Shown: piece after piece, positions 50,156 to 59,173 of the stretch
Layout of the letters: the number at the start of each line of letters is the position of its first letter
How positions within the stretch are numbered: the stretch's first letter is position 1
Origin: an uncultured bacterium
GTDB taxonomy: Bacteria > Actinomycetota > Acidimicrobiia > Spongiisociales > UBA5794
DNA length: 64,000 nt
Assembly: GCA_963801165.1 (NCBI GenBank)
Contig: CAWDDT010000009.1
Span: 128,001 to 192,000 of the forward strand
Direction: 5' to 3'
Notes under the pieces: model-generated
What the model was told of the DNA's origin: nothing
Databases searched by the model: none
The model's input: the letters and a program-made list of their open reading frames with translations, nothing else
Position numbers and translations under genes: made by a program

Positions 50156-52303
50156 TCACCCCTCCGATTCACCCTTCGACACGAAGTTGATGACGCGTCC
50201 CGGGACGAACACGACGCGGTCGACCTCGCTTGCACCGGGCACGGCCTCAACCCGGGCCCGTGCCGCGCCGGAAACGTCGGCCTCCGTGGCACGATCGGCG
50301 ACGACGATCACCCCACGCAGTTTCCCGTCCACCTGAACCGCAATCTCCACCTCGTCGGGGCTCGCCCCGTCGGCGATCGGCCAGGGTTGGGTGTGCACCG
50401 AAAACTCGTTGCCGAGCCGGGACCAGAGCTCCTCAGCCAGGTGGGGCGCAATCGGCGCCAGCAGACGAACCAGGACGCTCTTGGCCCGCGCCGATTTGGC
50501 CACGCCCACGAACTCCATCAGCCGGGCGATGGCCACGTTGCAGGCCAAGCGCTCCAACGCGGCGGTCACCTCCTCGACGGTCCTGGATATGGCCGGTTCG
50601 TCGGGCCCCGGTCCGTCCGGCTGCTCGATGGCTCGCCAGCAGCGGGCGTAGAAGCGCTCGATCCCGGCGATGGTGCGGTCGGAGAACTCGCCGCCACGCT
50701 CCCACGGCGCCGAGAACATCAGCGCACCGCGCAGCACGTCGATTCCATGATCGACGATGTACTCGTCGGGTGACACGACGTTGCCCCGGCTCTTTGACAT
50801 CTTGGCGCCGTCCAGCACGATCAACCCGCCGAGCCGGATTCGGGGGAACGGTTCCTGGAACGGAACCAGCCCGAGATCGTGCATCGCCATCGTGACGAAC
50901 CGGGCGTAGAGGTGATGACGCTGTACGTGCTCTGAGCCGCCCGCATAGAAGTCGACCGGCAAGACGGCCCGGGTCCGCTCGCGATCCCAGGGTACGTCGT
51001 CGAAGTCCGACGAGGGATACCTCAGGAAGTACCACGCCGAATCGAGGAACGTGTCGCTGACGTCGCTCTCGCGCCTGGCCGGTCCGCCGCAACGCGGGCA
51101 GGCGACGGTGAGCCACCCGGGCACCCTGGCCAGCGGGGAGACGCCCGTTGGGCGGAAGTCGGCGACTTCGGGAAGCAGGACCGGCAACTCGTCTTCGGGG
51201 ACCGGGACCGGTCCACAATCGTCGCAGTGGACGATCGGGATGGGTGGTCCCCAATACCTCTGGCGTGAGATCAGCCAGTCACGTAGCCGGTAGCGCACCG
51301 CCGGCCGTCCCACCGCTCCAGCGGCGCCGTCGTCCAGCAGCGAGGCGTGCGAGACGGGAAGCCTCACGGCTGCCGCCAGAAGGGCGTCACGATCGTCGTG
51401 GGCGGGCACGCCCATGACCGCACCCGTGCCGTACGACTCAACGACGTAGTCGGCCGCGACCACGGGCAGCGGCTTCCCCGTGATCGGATGCGGCCGGGTC
51501 GATCCGACTGCCGGGTGACCCGGAGAGACGGCGACAAACGTGGCCGCAGGTAGCGTGTCGGGTCTCGTCGTGAATACGGTCAGGTCGCCAAAGTCGATCT
51601 CACGGCCTTCCGACCTACCGATCCATTGTCGCTGCAGCCGTTTCGAGCGCTCCGGCCAATCGAGGTCCTCCAGACCGGTAAGCAGCCGGTCCGCATACGC
51701 CGTGATCCTCAGGAACCACTGTGTCATCACGCGCTCTCTCACCACCGAGTCGCACCTTTCACAGACCGTCCCGTCGTGCTCGGTCTGCTCGCGGGCCAGG
51801 ACCGTCATACAGGACGGGCACCAGATGACGGGGGCCTCCGCCCGGTACAGCAGGCCCGCCTCGAAGAGACGAACCAGGAGCCACTGAGTCCACCTGTAAT
51901 ACTCGGGCCTGCTCGTATCGATGACGCGGGACCAGTCCCAGCATGCCCCGATCTGTGAGAGTTGCTCCCGGTAGCGAGCCGTCGTCCGCTCGGTCAGGGT
52001 TCGTGGGTGCTCGCCGACGCTTATGGCGTAGTTCTCGGTATGAATGCCGAAGGCATCGAAGCCGATCGGCTGGAACACGTCGTCGCCCCGCATCCGCCGG
52101 TAGCGGCCGAAGGCGTCGACGCCCACGTAGCGGAACACGTGGCCGACGTGCAGACCCTCGGCGGAGGGGTAGGGGAACTCGACCAGGTTGTAGAAGATCC
52201 GATCGGGATCAACCGTGTCGAGATCGACGTGACCTAGGTTTGCGGCGTCCCATTCCTTACGCCACCGCGTTTCGATAACGCGTACGGGGTACGGCATTGC
52301 CAT
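50156..52303 (-). CDS. leuS: Leucine--tRNA ligase (compact, 715 aa)
   Basis: FPYPS..LHVGH, DWLISRQRYWG, DTFLDSAWY, KMSKS, VQVDGKLR. Confidence 0.92.
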   Translation of the reverse strand: MAMPYPVRVIETRWRKEWDAANLGHVDLDTVDPDRIFYNLVEFPYPSAEGLHVGHVFRYVGVDAFGRYRRMRGDDVFQPIGFDAFGIHTENYAISVGEHPRTLTERTTARYREQLSQIGACWDWSRVIDTSRPEYYRWTQWLLVRLFEAGLLYRAEAPVIWCPSCMTVLAREQTEHDGTVCERCDSVVRERVMTQWFLRITAYADRLLTGLEDLDWPERSKRLQRQWIGRSEGREIDFGDLTVFTTRPDTLPAATFVAVSPGHPAVGSTRPHPITGKPLPVVAADYVVESYGTGAVMGVPAHDDRDALLAAAVRLPVSHASLLDDGAAGAVGRPAVRYRLRDWLISRQRYWGPPIPIVHCDDCGPVPVPEDELPVLLPEVADFRPTGVSPLARVPGWLTVACPRCGGPARRESDVSDTFLDSAWYFLRYPSSDFDDVPWDRERTRAVLPVDFYAGGSEHVQRHHLYARFVTMAMHDLGLVPFQEPFPRIRLGGLIVLDGAKMSKSRGNVVSPDEYIVDHGIDVLRGALMFSAPWERGGEFSDRTIAGIERFYARCWRAIEQPDGPGPDEPAISRTVEEVTAALERLACNVAIARLMEFVGVAKSARAKSVLVRLLAPIAPHLAEELWSRLGNEFSVHTQPWPIADGASPDEVEIAVQVDGKLRGVIVVADRATEADVSGAARARVEAVPGASEVDRVVFVPGRVINFVSKGESEG

Positions 52304-52351
52304 GAGAGCGGCCCCTCCCGTCGTGTCCGTCGAGTCATGTGCGTCTCCTTT

Positions 52352-52414
52352 CAGAAACAGAAAACCTCCCAGCGCGGGCATGGGAGGTTTGGCGCAGACC
52401 AGTGTGGTCTGCGC
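52352..52414 (-). terminator. Attenuator hairpins in the leuS leader
   Basis: GCGCAGACCA-CAC-TGGTCTGCGC then AAACCTCCCA-loop-TGGGAGGTTTTCTGTTT. Confidence 0.8.
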
Positions 52415-52452
52415 TAATTGATGAGAAGTCGAGTGCGTGTTGCCGGCCTCAT
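52414..52452 (-). CDS. leuS leader peptide MRPATRTRLLIN
   Basis: Tandem Leu codons CTT CTC just before the stop; -10 TATATT 7 nt before ATG; abuts the hairpins. Confidence 0.7.
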   Translation of the reverse strand: MRPATRTRLLIN

Positions 52453-52471
52453 GGTGTCAAATATAGCGGCC

Positions 52472-53410
52472 TCATCGCCGCAGTCGCGCCGGGAGAATCG
52501 TCTTCCCACGCTTTGCCGCCCATTTGCCGCGCTCGATCGTGGCACGGAACCGTGCTCCGAGCGTCGGGTGAGTGCCTCTCGTCTCATAGCCGAGATCGCG
52601 CAGCAGATCGCCTGCGATGGCCTCGAAGATGGCGATGTCACGGTCGGTCATCGCCTCGGACCAGTCCCGGGTTCCCGTGGTCGGAGGGCGGGCGACATTG
52701 CGGAACGCCTCGGGCTCATGAGAGCTGGCAACGAACTCGTCCGCGTTCTCGTGATAGCGCAGCATCGCCGGTTGCCACGTGAGGTCGAGGAACTCGCAGA
52801 TGCGGCGCACTTCGGTCTCTGTGTCTGCCACGAGGTCTTCATAGCGAACTTCCGTATACCGTGACGGGCCGAGCGCCAGGCCCGCGCTGCGGCCTCGACT
52901 CACCCGGGAGCGCCAGTACAGAGCACCTTCGGCCAGGGTCGATGGTCCCCACGGTCGCTCTATATAGGAGAGCGCGACGTTACGACCGTCGCGTATTACG
53001 TTCACGAACCGGGCCTCCGGGAAGAGCCGGGCGAGCTCCGGGATCTGGATGATATAGCCCGGGGTCTTGTCGCCGTACCGCGGCTTGTCCTGTGCGGCTG
53101 CCCAGAGCACAAAGACGGCTCGCACCGCATCCGACAGGGTCTCCGGCGGCTGTGCCGCCATTGCTGCTTGGACCGCGGATCGTTCCAGCCCCATCCGGCG
53201 ATAGTTGGGGTTCTTGTAGATCGTGTCGAGGAAACGCCCCACCTGAAAGCCGCCCGCGGTAAGCATCCGCTCCTTGCGCGCCACGGTTCCGATGAACTGG
53301 GGTTCGTGCGCCACCGCCAGGTCGGGATGGGCGTCGAAGATGGTTCGCAGCAATGTCGTCCCGGATCTGCCGCTGCCGACAAAAATCGGGAAGGCGTCTT
53401 GTTGGCTCAC
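52472..53410 (-). CDS. Sulfotransferase (Sulfotransfer_3)
   Basis: GSGRSGTT, YGDKTP, IRDGRNVALS, RYEDLV. Confidence 0.92.
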   Translation of the reverse strand: MSQQDAFPIFVGSGRSGTTLLRTIFDAHPDLAVAHEPQFIGTVARKERMLTAGGFQVGRFLDTIYKNPNYRRMGLERSAVQAAMAAQPPETLSDAVRAVFVLWAAAQDKPRYGDKTPGYIIQIPELARLFPEARFVNVIRDGRNVALSYIERPWGPSTLAEGALYWRSRVSRGRSAGLALGPSRYTEVRYEDLVADTETEVRRICEFLDLTWQPAMLRYHENADEFVASSHEPEAFRNVARPPTTGTRDWSEAMTDRDIAIFEAIAGDLLRDLGYETRGTHPTLGARFRATIERGKWAAKRGKTILPARLRR

Positions 53411-54420
53411 TACAGGACGTCGAGCTCACGCAGGATGCGGGCGAACTCGGCGCCGACCGGTTGCATTCCCTCTGCGGTGAAATGGGCGAAGTCGACCTGT
53501 TCGTCGACACCCGCTTGCTTGAGAATCCGATCGACGTCCACGACGTGGAAGTCCAGCTGCTTGGAGAGCTCGAGAAGAGCGATGTGGAACTCGCGGCGGC
53601 GGGTGACGTTGGCCTGCTTCACGAGCTGGTAGTTGTGGGTGAGGTCTTGTGGGTCAACCACCAGGGTCGTGTAGACGACCGGCTCGGCGTGGGCCCGGGC
53701 GCGCAGCTCCTTGACGATCGTTCTGACGTTTGCCATGTAGTCGTCGATCGAAATCCGTCCGACCTTCTCGTATTCCTTGCGAAACCACTGTACGTTGTCG
53801 AGGTCGCCGAGTACCTCGTTGAGGTTCTGGTTTAGCCACCAGCCACCGGGGTCAACCACAAACCCGTGCTTCTTGTTGCGATAGAGGGTGCGAATGACAT
53901 CGGTGCCACCCGACATCACGACGACGTTGCGAGGGAACTCGCCGTACCGCTTCTCGAGCGGGTATTGCAGCGAAGACCCGAAGAACGTTGGTTTGAATTG
54001 CTCGGGCCTGATCTTGAGACGGCGGCACAGCTCCTCGATGGCGTCGCGGGGAATGTTGCCCAGGGTCTGCACGACCTGACTGGTGGCATATGCACCGACA
54101 CCCCCGCCGCGCTCGCGGGATATGGCGAGGCTTCCCTTGATGCCCTCACGCATCAACGGAGCCCCGGTGAACACCGAAGGCAGGTCACAGCCCCCCCGGA
54201 GGGCCACGCCGCGTCTTGGTCCGTCGAAGGCCTCGTTCTCGCCGATCAGCACGAACCCGTTCCCGGCCTTCTGGACCCACCCGGGTCCCGACTCCGTCGC
54301 CACCCTGCCGCGGGCCTGCTTCATATAACGCCGTTTGAGGAAACGTTCGACCTTCGAGTCTTCGCCTGCCACCGACCGCAAGGCACGGTGGCCCAGTTTC
54401 AATCCTTTGGAGACGGGCAT
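53410..54420 (-). CDS. SGNH-like protein, GGCD...DFAH (module copy 1, protein A1)
   Basis: GGCD at block-I position, VVDVDRIL, DFAHF; paralog of 59965-60927. Confidence 0.65.
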   Translation of the reverse strand: MPVSKGLKLGHRALRSVAGEDSKVERFLKRRYMKQARGRVATESGPGWVQKAGNGFVLIGENEAFDGPRRGVALRGGCDLPSVFTGAPLMREGIKGSLAISRERGGGVGAYATSQVVQTLGNIPRDAIEELCRRLKIRPEQFKPTFFGSSLQYPLEKRYGEFPRNVVVMSGGTDVIRTLYRNKKHGFVVDPGGWWLNQNLNEVLGDLDNVQWFRKEYEKVGRISIDDYMANVRTIVKELRARAHAEPVVYTTLVVDPQDLTHNYQLVKQANVTRRREFHIALLELSKQLDFHVVDVDRILKQAGVDEQVDFAHFTAEGMQPVGAEFARILRELDVL

Positions 54421-54421
54421 C

Positions 54422-54847
54422 TCACTCCTCCTCGATGTCGACGGCGTTGGCGACAACCCTGATGGACGGAAGCGACGCGATGTCCTGGGCGGCTTCCCCG
54501 CCGGGCTCCCCGCCCGACGCGAGCAGCGCCAGCGTGTCCCCAACCTTCATCCCCCCGCCGGTCGCAACCAGATGCTCGAGGACCACACCGCCCTCGGACG
54601 CGACCAGCTGGAAGCGGAGACCGGATGTCTCACGTGTCTCCACCTCCTCGCGCACCTTCTTCTTGCGGCGCAGCGACGTGAGGATGCTTGCCTGCTGGGT
54701 CTTGCGCAGGGCGACTACTTGCTCGATGGAGACGACGCAGAGCTCGTCGCCAAAGATGAAGGATTCGCCCGGGGCCTTTGACCACTTGATCACGCGGCCG
54801 CCCTGGAGCTGGGGACCGACCGAGGGCATCTGGAGGGTCAGCTTCAT
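54422..54847 (-). CDS. Lipoyl/biotinyl-like domain protein lacking the acceptor lysine turn
   Basis: MPSVG...GRVIKW.K.PG...GDELC and ASEGGVV...GGGMKVGDTLA flanking a ~30 aa insert. Confidence 0.7.
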   Translation of the reverse strand: MKLTLQMPSVGPQLQGGRVIKWSKAPGESFIFGDELCVVSIEQVVALRKTQQASILTSLRRKKKVREEVETRETSGLRFQLVASEGGVVLEHLVATGGGMKVGDTLALLASGGEPGGEAAQDIASLPSIRVVANAVDIEEE

Positions 54848-55536
54848 TGCCGTTCCCCGCGGGTGCCAACCTGCGCCACCAAAGTTCGCTCGTCGAAGAA
54901 CCCGTAGTCCGCGAGAACTCGCAATGTCTCGTCCCGCACCATCGCCGACCCCTCCGGCGAGAGCTCCAGCGGCCCGGGAACGACCTTGCCACCGCCCGCT
55001 TCGGCGACCAGCCGGTCGACGTCGATTACCGAGAGCCCGACCTCGTGGGAGGTTTGGAAGAGGGCAAGGTTGATGCGATGGGCACGAAGCATGATCGGCT
55101 CGACTGAAAACCCATGGAAATTGGAAACCGGGTCACCGGGGTCGAAGCTCGATACCCCGACCACGAGCACATGGGCACCGCAGTCTCGCTTGATCGCGTC
55201 GAACACGGCGACCAGGTCGTCATGGAAGCCGGCAACCGCATCCCGCGGGTCCTTCGCCCGGTTGGTGAGCTGCTCGGCCTCCCCGCTCACGTCGAGGACC
55301 ACGACATGTGGTGTAGATCCGTAGATCGATTCGAGGGTACCGGCGTCGAGCCGGGTGCGCAGGTCGCCTAGACCCCCGTACTCGTCGTATGTCACGGCCA
55401 GCTCGACGTTGGACGGTGTGGTGTTCAGCTCGGTGGCCAAGCCGTGATCGAGATGGGCCCCACCGTCGTTCTTGGCCAGGAACGCGTTGCGCACGACGTC
55501 GCCACCAAGCGCCAGCACACGCATCGTTTCGGTCAT
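54844..55536 (-). CDS. SGNH-like protein without catalytic motifs (module copy 1, protein B1)
   Basis: VSSFDPG, RAHRIN, VIDVDRLVAE; similar to N-part of 60938-61936 and C-part of A1. Confidence 0.65.
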   Translation of the reverse strand: MTETMRVLALGGDVVRNAFLAKNDGGAHLDHGLATELNTTPSNVELAVTYDEYGGLGDLRTRLDAGTLESIYGSTPHVVVLDVSGEAEQLTNRAKDPRDAVAGFHDDLVAVFDAIKRDCGAHVLVVGVSSFDPGDPVSNFHGFSVEPIMLRAHRINLALFQTSHEVGLSVIDVDRLVAEAGGGKVVPGPLELSPEGSAMVRDETLRVLADYGFFDERTLVAQVGTRGERQ

Positions 55537-55613
55537 TGGTACTCCCCCTCAGAAGTTCTATCCGCCCGTCGATGAGCGTAGCAGCGGCCCCATTCGGTTC
55601 GGGACAGGTTTTT

Positions 55614-56513
55614 CTAAATGCCCCAACCCAAGTCAAAGTCCAGCAGTTGTTCCAGATCGCGGTTGGAGTCGGCGTAGCGTGCTGCGAGCTCGGAGCCGAC
55701 CGGCTCGGGAATGTTGGGCTTCTCCAAGGGCTTCCTGGCATAGCTGTAGTTACGGAACTCGGACGGCGACCAGCGGGCGGCACCGACGAAGTCGAGTATC
55801 TCCTGGAGCACCGCACCGGGGTCGGCGAAGAACTCGGAACTCTCGAGGATGAGGAAGTTCTCCCTCGGAAAATGCTCGAACCAGCGACGCAATTGCTCGG
55901 CGTAGAACCCGCGCGTCGCATACGAGTAGCGACGAAACGGCATCACCCTCGCCAGCGGATCCCGTTTCATCTCATCGAGCTGTCCGGCGAGACGATCCTG
56001 CTCGGCAGCAATTGCGTCGGGGAACGACAGCTCCTCCAAACCGAGGCGGGCCATGTGGTGGTAGTGGGAGAAGGCCCGTTCGACGGGCTCGCGCAGCAAG
56101 ACGACGAGCTTGGCGTCGGGAAGCAGACTGCGGAGACGCTCGGGAGCCCGGGGATCGAAGAGGTAATCGGGGGTTGCCTCGAACGTGAGCAGCGATCTCC
56201 CCATGGCCCGGTGCAGCAGCCGTCTCATCTTCAGGGGATAGTGGGCCCGGTACCAGGCTTCCCCCCGGCCGTAGCCGATGGTGAAGTACTCGATCTCCTT
56301 GCGCAGCGACGGTGCTATTTCGGGGTGCCGGCCGAGGTACTTGTACAGAGAGCTGGTCCCGCAACGCTGCCCACCGATGATCACGAAGTCGGGGAGCATA
56401 CGGTACCGGGCCGTGAGAGTGCGCAGACGCAATCTGATGCGCACCAGCTTGCGGCGAGCAGCCATGGGCGTGACGGTCTTCAAGGCGTCGACGGCCCGCT
56501 GCCGCCAACTCAT
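55614..56513 (-). CDS. Sulfotransferase (heparan-sulfate-ST-like)
   Basis: PDFVIIGGQRCGTSSL, KEIEYF, EATPDY, LREPVERAFSHY. Confidence 0.92.
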   Translation of the reverse strand: MSWRQRAVDALKTVTPMAARRKLVRIRLRLRTLTARYRMLPDFVIIGGQRCGTSSLYKYLGRHPEIAPSLRKEIEYFTIGYGRGEAWYRAHYPLKMRRLLHRAMGRSLLTFEATPDYLFDPRAPERLRSLLPDAKLVVLLREPVERAFSHYHHMARLGLEELSFPDAIAAEQDRLAGQLDEMKRDPLARVMPFRRYSYATRGFYAEQLRRWFEHFPRENFLILESSEFFADPGAVLQEILDFVGAARWSPSEFRNYSYARKPLEKPNIPEPVGSELAARYADSNRDLEQLLDFDLGWGI

Positions 56514-56661
56514 CGGCGAATACCAAACATCACAAGCCCCTCCCACCCCGGCGGTTGAGCGGGCAGCGTAACATCGCCGGACCGGTCGCAAGGGCCGGAT
56601 GCCCGATACTGTGGGGTCCGCGGGGCAGCCGCGCGACCGCCTCCTATAGTGACCAGGAATC

Positions 56662-57267
56662 ATGACCAACCAGAAGGTCTTTGGCATCGGTTTTCACAAG
56701 ACCGGGACGACGTCGCTGGCCCGTGCGCTCCGGGTTCTTGGCTACCGTGTCGCCGGTCCGTTTGGCGTCCATGATGCCGACATCTCCGCCACGGTGGTCG
56801 CCCGTGCGATCGAGACCGCCGGTGAGTGGGATGCCGCCCAGGACAATCCATGGCCGATCGTGTTCCGCGACCTCGATCGTGCGTTCCCCGACTCCAAGTT
56901 CATCCTCACGACCCGTGTCACCGATGATTGGCTGCGCAGTGTCGTTCGGCACTTCGGGGGTACGACGACCCCGATGCGGGAATGGGTGTACGGGGTCGGC
57001 GACCCGGCCGGTAACGAGAGTGTCTACAGGGAACGGTACGAGCGGCACAACCGTGAAGTCGTGGAGTATTTCGCAGAGCGACCGCAGGACCTGTTGGTGT
57101 TCCGGCTTGCGGATGGTGACGGGTGGGAGGAGCTGTGTGGATTCCTCGGTGTTGCCGTACCCGAGCAGCCGTTCCCGCACGCCAACGCTCGCGGGGAGCG
57201 AAGCACGATGCGCGTGCTGACTCGTCGGGCACGCCGCATACTGGGACTTGGTCCTAGGCGCCCTTGA
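56662..57267 (+). CDS. Sulfotransferase-like protein (Sulfotransfer_4)
   Basis: KVFGIGFHKTGTTSL, FPDSKFILT.R, GWEELCGFLG, PFPHAN. Confidence 0.88.
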   Translation: MTNQKVFGIGFHKTGTTSLARALRVLGYRVAGPFGVHDADISATVVARAIETAGEWDAAQDNPWPIVFRDLDRAFPDSKFILTTRVTDDWLRSVVRHFGGTTTPMREWVYGVGDPAGNESVYRERYERHNREVVEYFAERPQDLLVFRLADGDGWEELCGFLGVAVPEQPFPHANARGERSTMRVLTRRARRILGLGPRRP

Positions 57268-58114
57268 TCGCTGCCGCCAGCCAGTCGGCCGATTTGTCGG
57301 CGAGAGTGTTAGCAGCGTGATGACGGTCTTGCGACACCTGTTCCGCCAGCCACCACGGCTCGCTGCCGGTGCGGTCTTGATTTGCCACGTCGATGCCGGC
57401 GTGTGACCACGCCTCCACGATCGGTTCCATGTTGAGCGATCCAAAGGGAACGATCATCACCTTGGTCTCCAGCGGGGTGTAGTCGCTCAGTTTCTTTCCG
57501 GCGATGCTGTTGTGAAACGCCGACGTGATCTCGTAGCCGAGCAGCTCGACCACTCCGTCCTGGTCCAGCCGCTTCAATACCTTGTCCAGCGATTCGGGCT
57601 TGGCCTCGGCTTTGAGAGCCGCGATCGCGTGGCTACGCACCGCATCGCGAATGAATGCGTCCGTGTCCGGAATAGGATCCCACAGCAAGATCGCGGTGCC
57701 CGCCTCCTCCTCGGCGAGCGCCGCCGCGGGGTAGGCGCCCAGCCGAACCGCGGCGTAGCCGACCCGGTCCAACCCGGTTCGTTCCTTCAAGCGCGACCTC
57801 ACCTCGCGACCAGCGTCGATCATCGCCGGGAGCGTGAGGTCGGTGTCGAGCCCTTCGCTGTTGCCGTCGCCGCGGTATTGGAAACGATGGACTGCGATGC
57901 CGCGGGCCGCCAGAGCGCGGGCGAGTACGACCTCGAGGTGATACGCCTTGAGCATCTCGGCATGGGTGGAGCTGCAAATGACTACGGCGCCTTCGATCTC
58001 GCCGGCGGGAAGGTGGATGCTGCCCAACATCTGGGGGGCTTCGCCGAAGTAGGCGATCTCCTCGGTGATCCCGGTGATCGGGTGGCGACGGGTTGCAGCG
58101 ACGTTCGTCGTCAT
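57254..58114 (-). CDS. Alpha/beta-hydrolase-fold protein lacking the nucleophile
   Basis: LARALAARGI..HRFQYRGDGNSEG; elbow AVRLGA; LLWDP. Confidence 0.78.
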   Translation of the reverse strand: MTTNVAATRRHPITGITEEIAYFGEAPQMLGSIHLPAGEIEGAVVICSSTHAEMLKAYHLEVVLARALAARGIAVHRFQYRGDGNSEGLDTDLTLPAMIDAGREVRSRLKERTGLDRVGYAAVRLGAYPAAALAEEEAGTAILLWDPIPDTDAFIRDAVRSHAIAALKAEAKPESLDKVLKRLDQDGVVELLGYEITSAFHNSIAGKKLSDYTPLETKVMIVPFGSLNMEPIVEAWSHAGIDVANQDRTGSEPWWLAEQVSQDRHHAANTLADKSADWLAAAIKGA

Positions 58115-59055
58115 GGGGTCATCTCCTCCACCCACGCCACCGAGGTCTTGATGACGATGTCCTGGATGCGTACCGAGAGGAAGCCTCTGACGACTCCGGG
58201 CACGACCTCGACCGCGACCAGATCGGCGAACCGTTCCAGTTCCCTGCCCAGCCGGGCCTCGCTGGCCTCCTGAAACTCGGTCCAGAAGAAATCATCGTCG
58301 CCGTAGAGAAAACGGACGGGCACGCCATCGCTCAAGAGCCGGCGCAATGGGCGGTGAAAACCGGGGTCGGCATCTCGGGGGTCGGAATCACCGGCCGTCT
58401 CCTGCCTCTTGTCCGCCGCGTCACGGGAAACGCCGAGCTTCCTGGCAACGATCCGCACCGCGGCCTTGCGTGCGGTCGGATTCTTTGCCAGCTTGCGGAC
58501 GATGCGTTTCGAGAAAACCCTTTTCGCCAACTCCCCGGTGCTGACGTGCTCGGCGAGGTGGTCTGCGCCACCTACCCCTTTGGTGCCACTTCGGGTCGGC
58601 GGAGCGAATAGGTACAGACCGCGGACCCTCGGGTCGCCGGCCGCCCCGTGCAGTGCTCCTCTCGACCCGTAGCAGGTGGCGATCACGAGTATGTCGGTGA
58701 CCCCACGCGAGGCGAGCAAATCGAACGCAGCCTTAGCTTCGGGTACCGCGGGGGTCTCGAGCTCGTAGCAGAAGGGCTCGCCGATGCTGTCGCCGAGACC
58801 GGTGTAGTCGAGACGAAGGACCGGGTATCCGCGCTCGGCCAGCGATCGAGCCAGCTTCAACCACATGCGGTTGCGCCCGAGCGTTGTGGTGCCGCCGAAC
58901 GTGCCCGACATCAGCAGCACGCCGGTCGTTTTCGGCTCGACTTTGGTTGGCTCGCTGAGCAAGCCGAAAATCGTCTTATCCGGTTCCGGGAAGAAGACCG
59001 GCATGTCTCTGGACAGGGCCTCAATTGGCTGGTCAGTGCTCACATCGACCGTCAC
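58111..59055 (-). CDS. Alpha/beta-hydrolase-fold protein with Cys at the nucleophile elbow
   Basis: NRMWLKLARSLAERG..LRLDYTGLGDS; elbow ATCYG; LYGDDD. Confidence 0.78.
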   Translation of the reverse strand: MTVDVSTDQPIEALSRDMPVFFPEPDKTIFGLLSEPTKVEPKTTGVLLMSGTFGGTTTLGRNRMWLKLARSLAERGYPVLRLDYTGLGDSIGEPFCYELETPAVPEAKAAFDLLASRGVTDILVIATCYGSRGALHGAAGDPRVRGLYLFAPPTRSGTKGVGGADHLAEHVSTGELAKRVFSKRIVRKLAKNPTARKAAVRIVARKLGVSRDAADKRQETAGDSDPRDADPGFHRPLRRLLSDGVPVRFLYGDDDFFWTEFQEASEARLGRELERFADLVAVEVVPGVVRGFLSVRIQDIVIKTSVAWVEEMTP

Positions 59056-59173
59056 GCGCAAGTCCCCCTTGCCTGGCTTTGCGTGCGGGGATTGTATATC
59101 GCCACCTCTCTGGCCCACTACAAGTTGCACGTCGCTGCCCTGTAGTCGGTCCCCCGGTTAGTATCGCTCGCTC

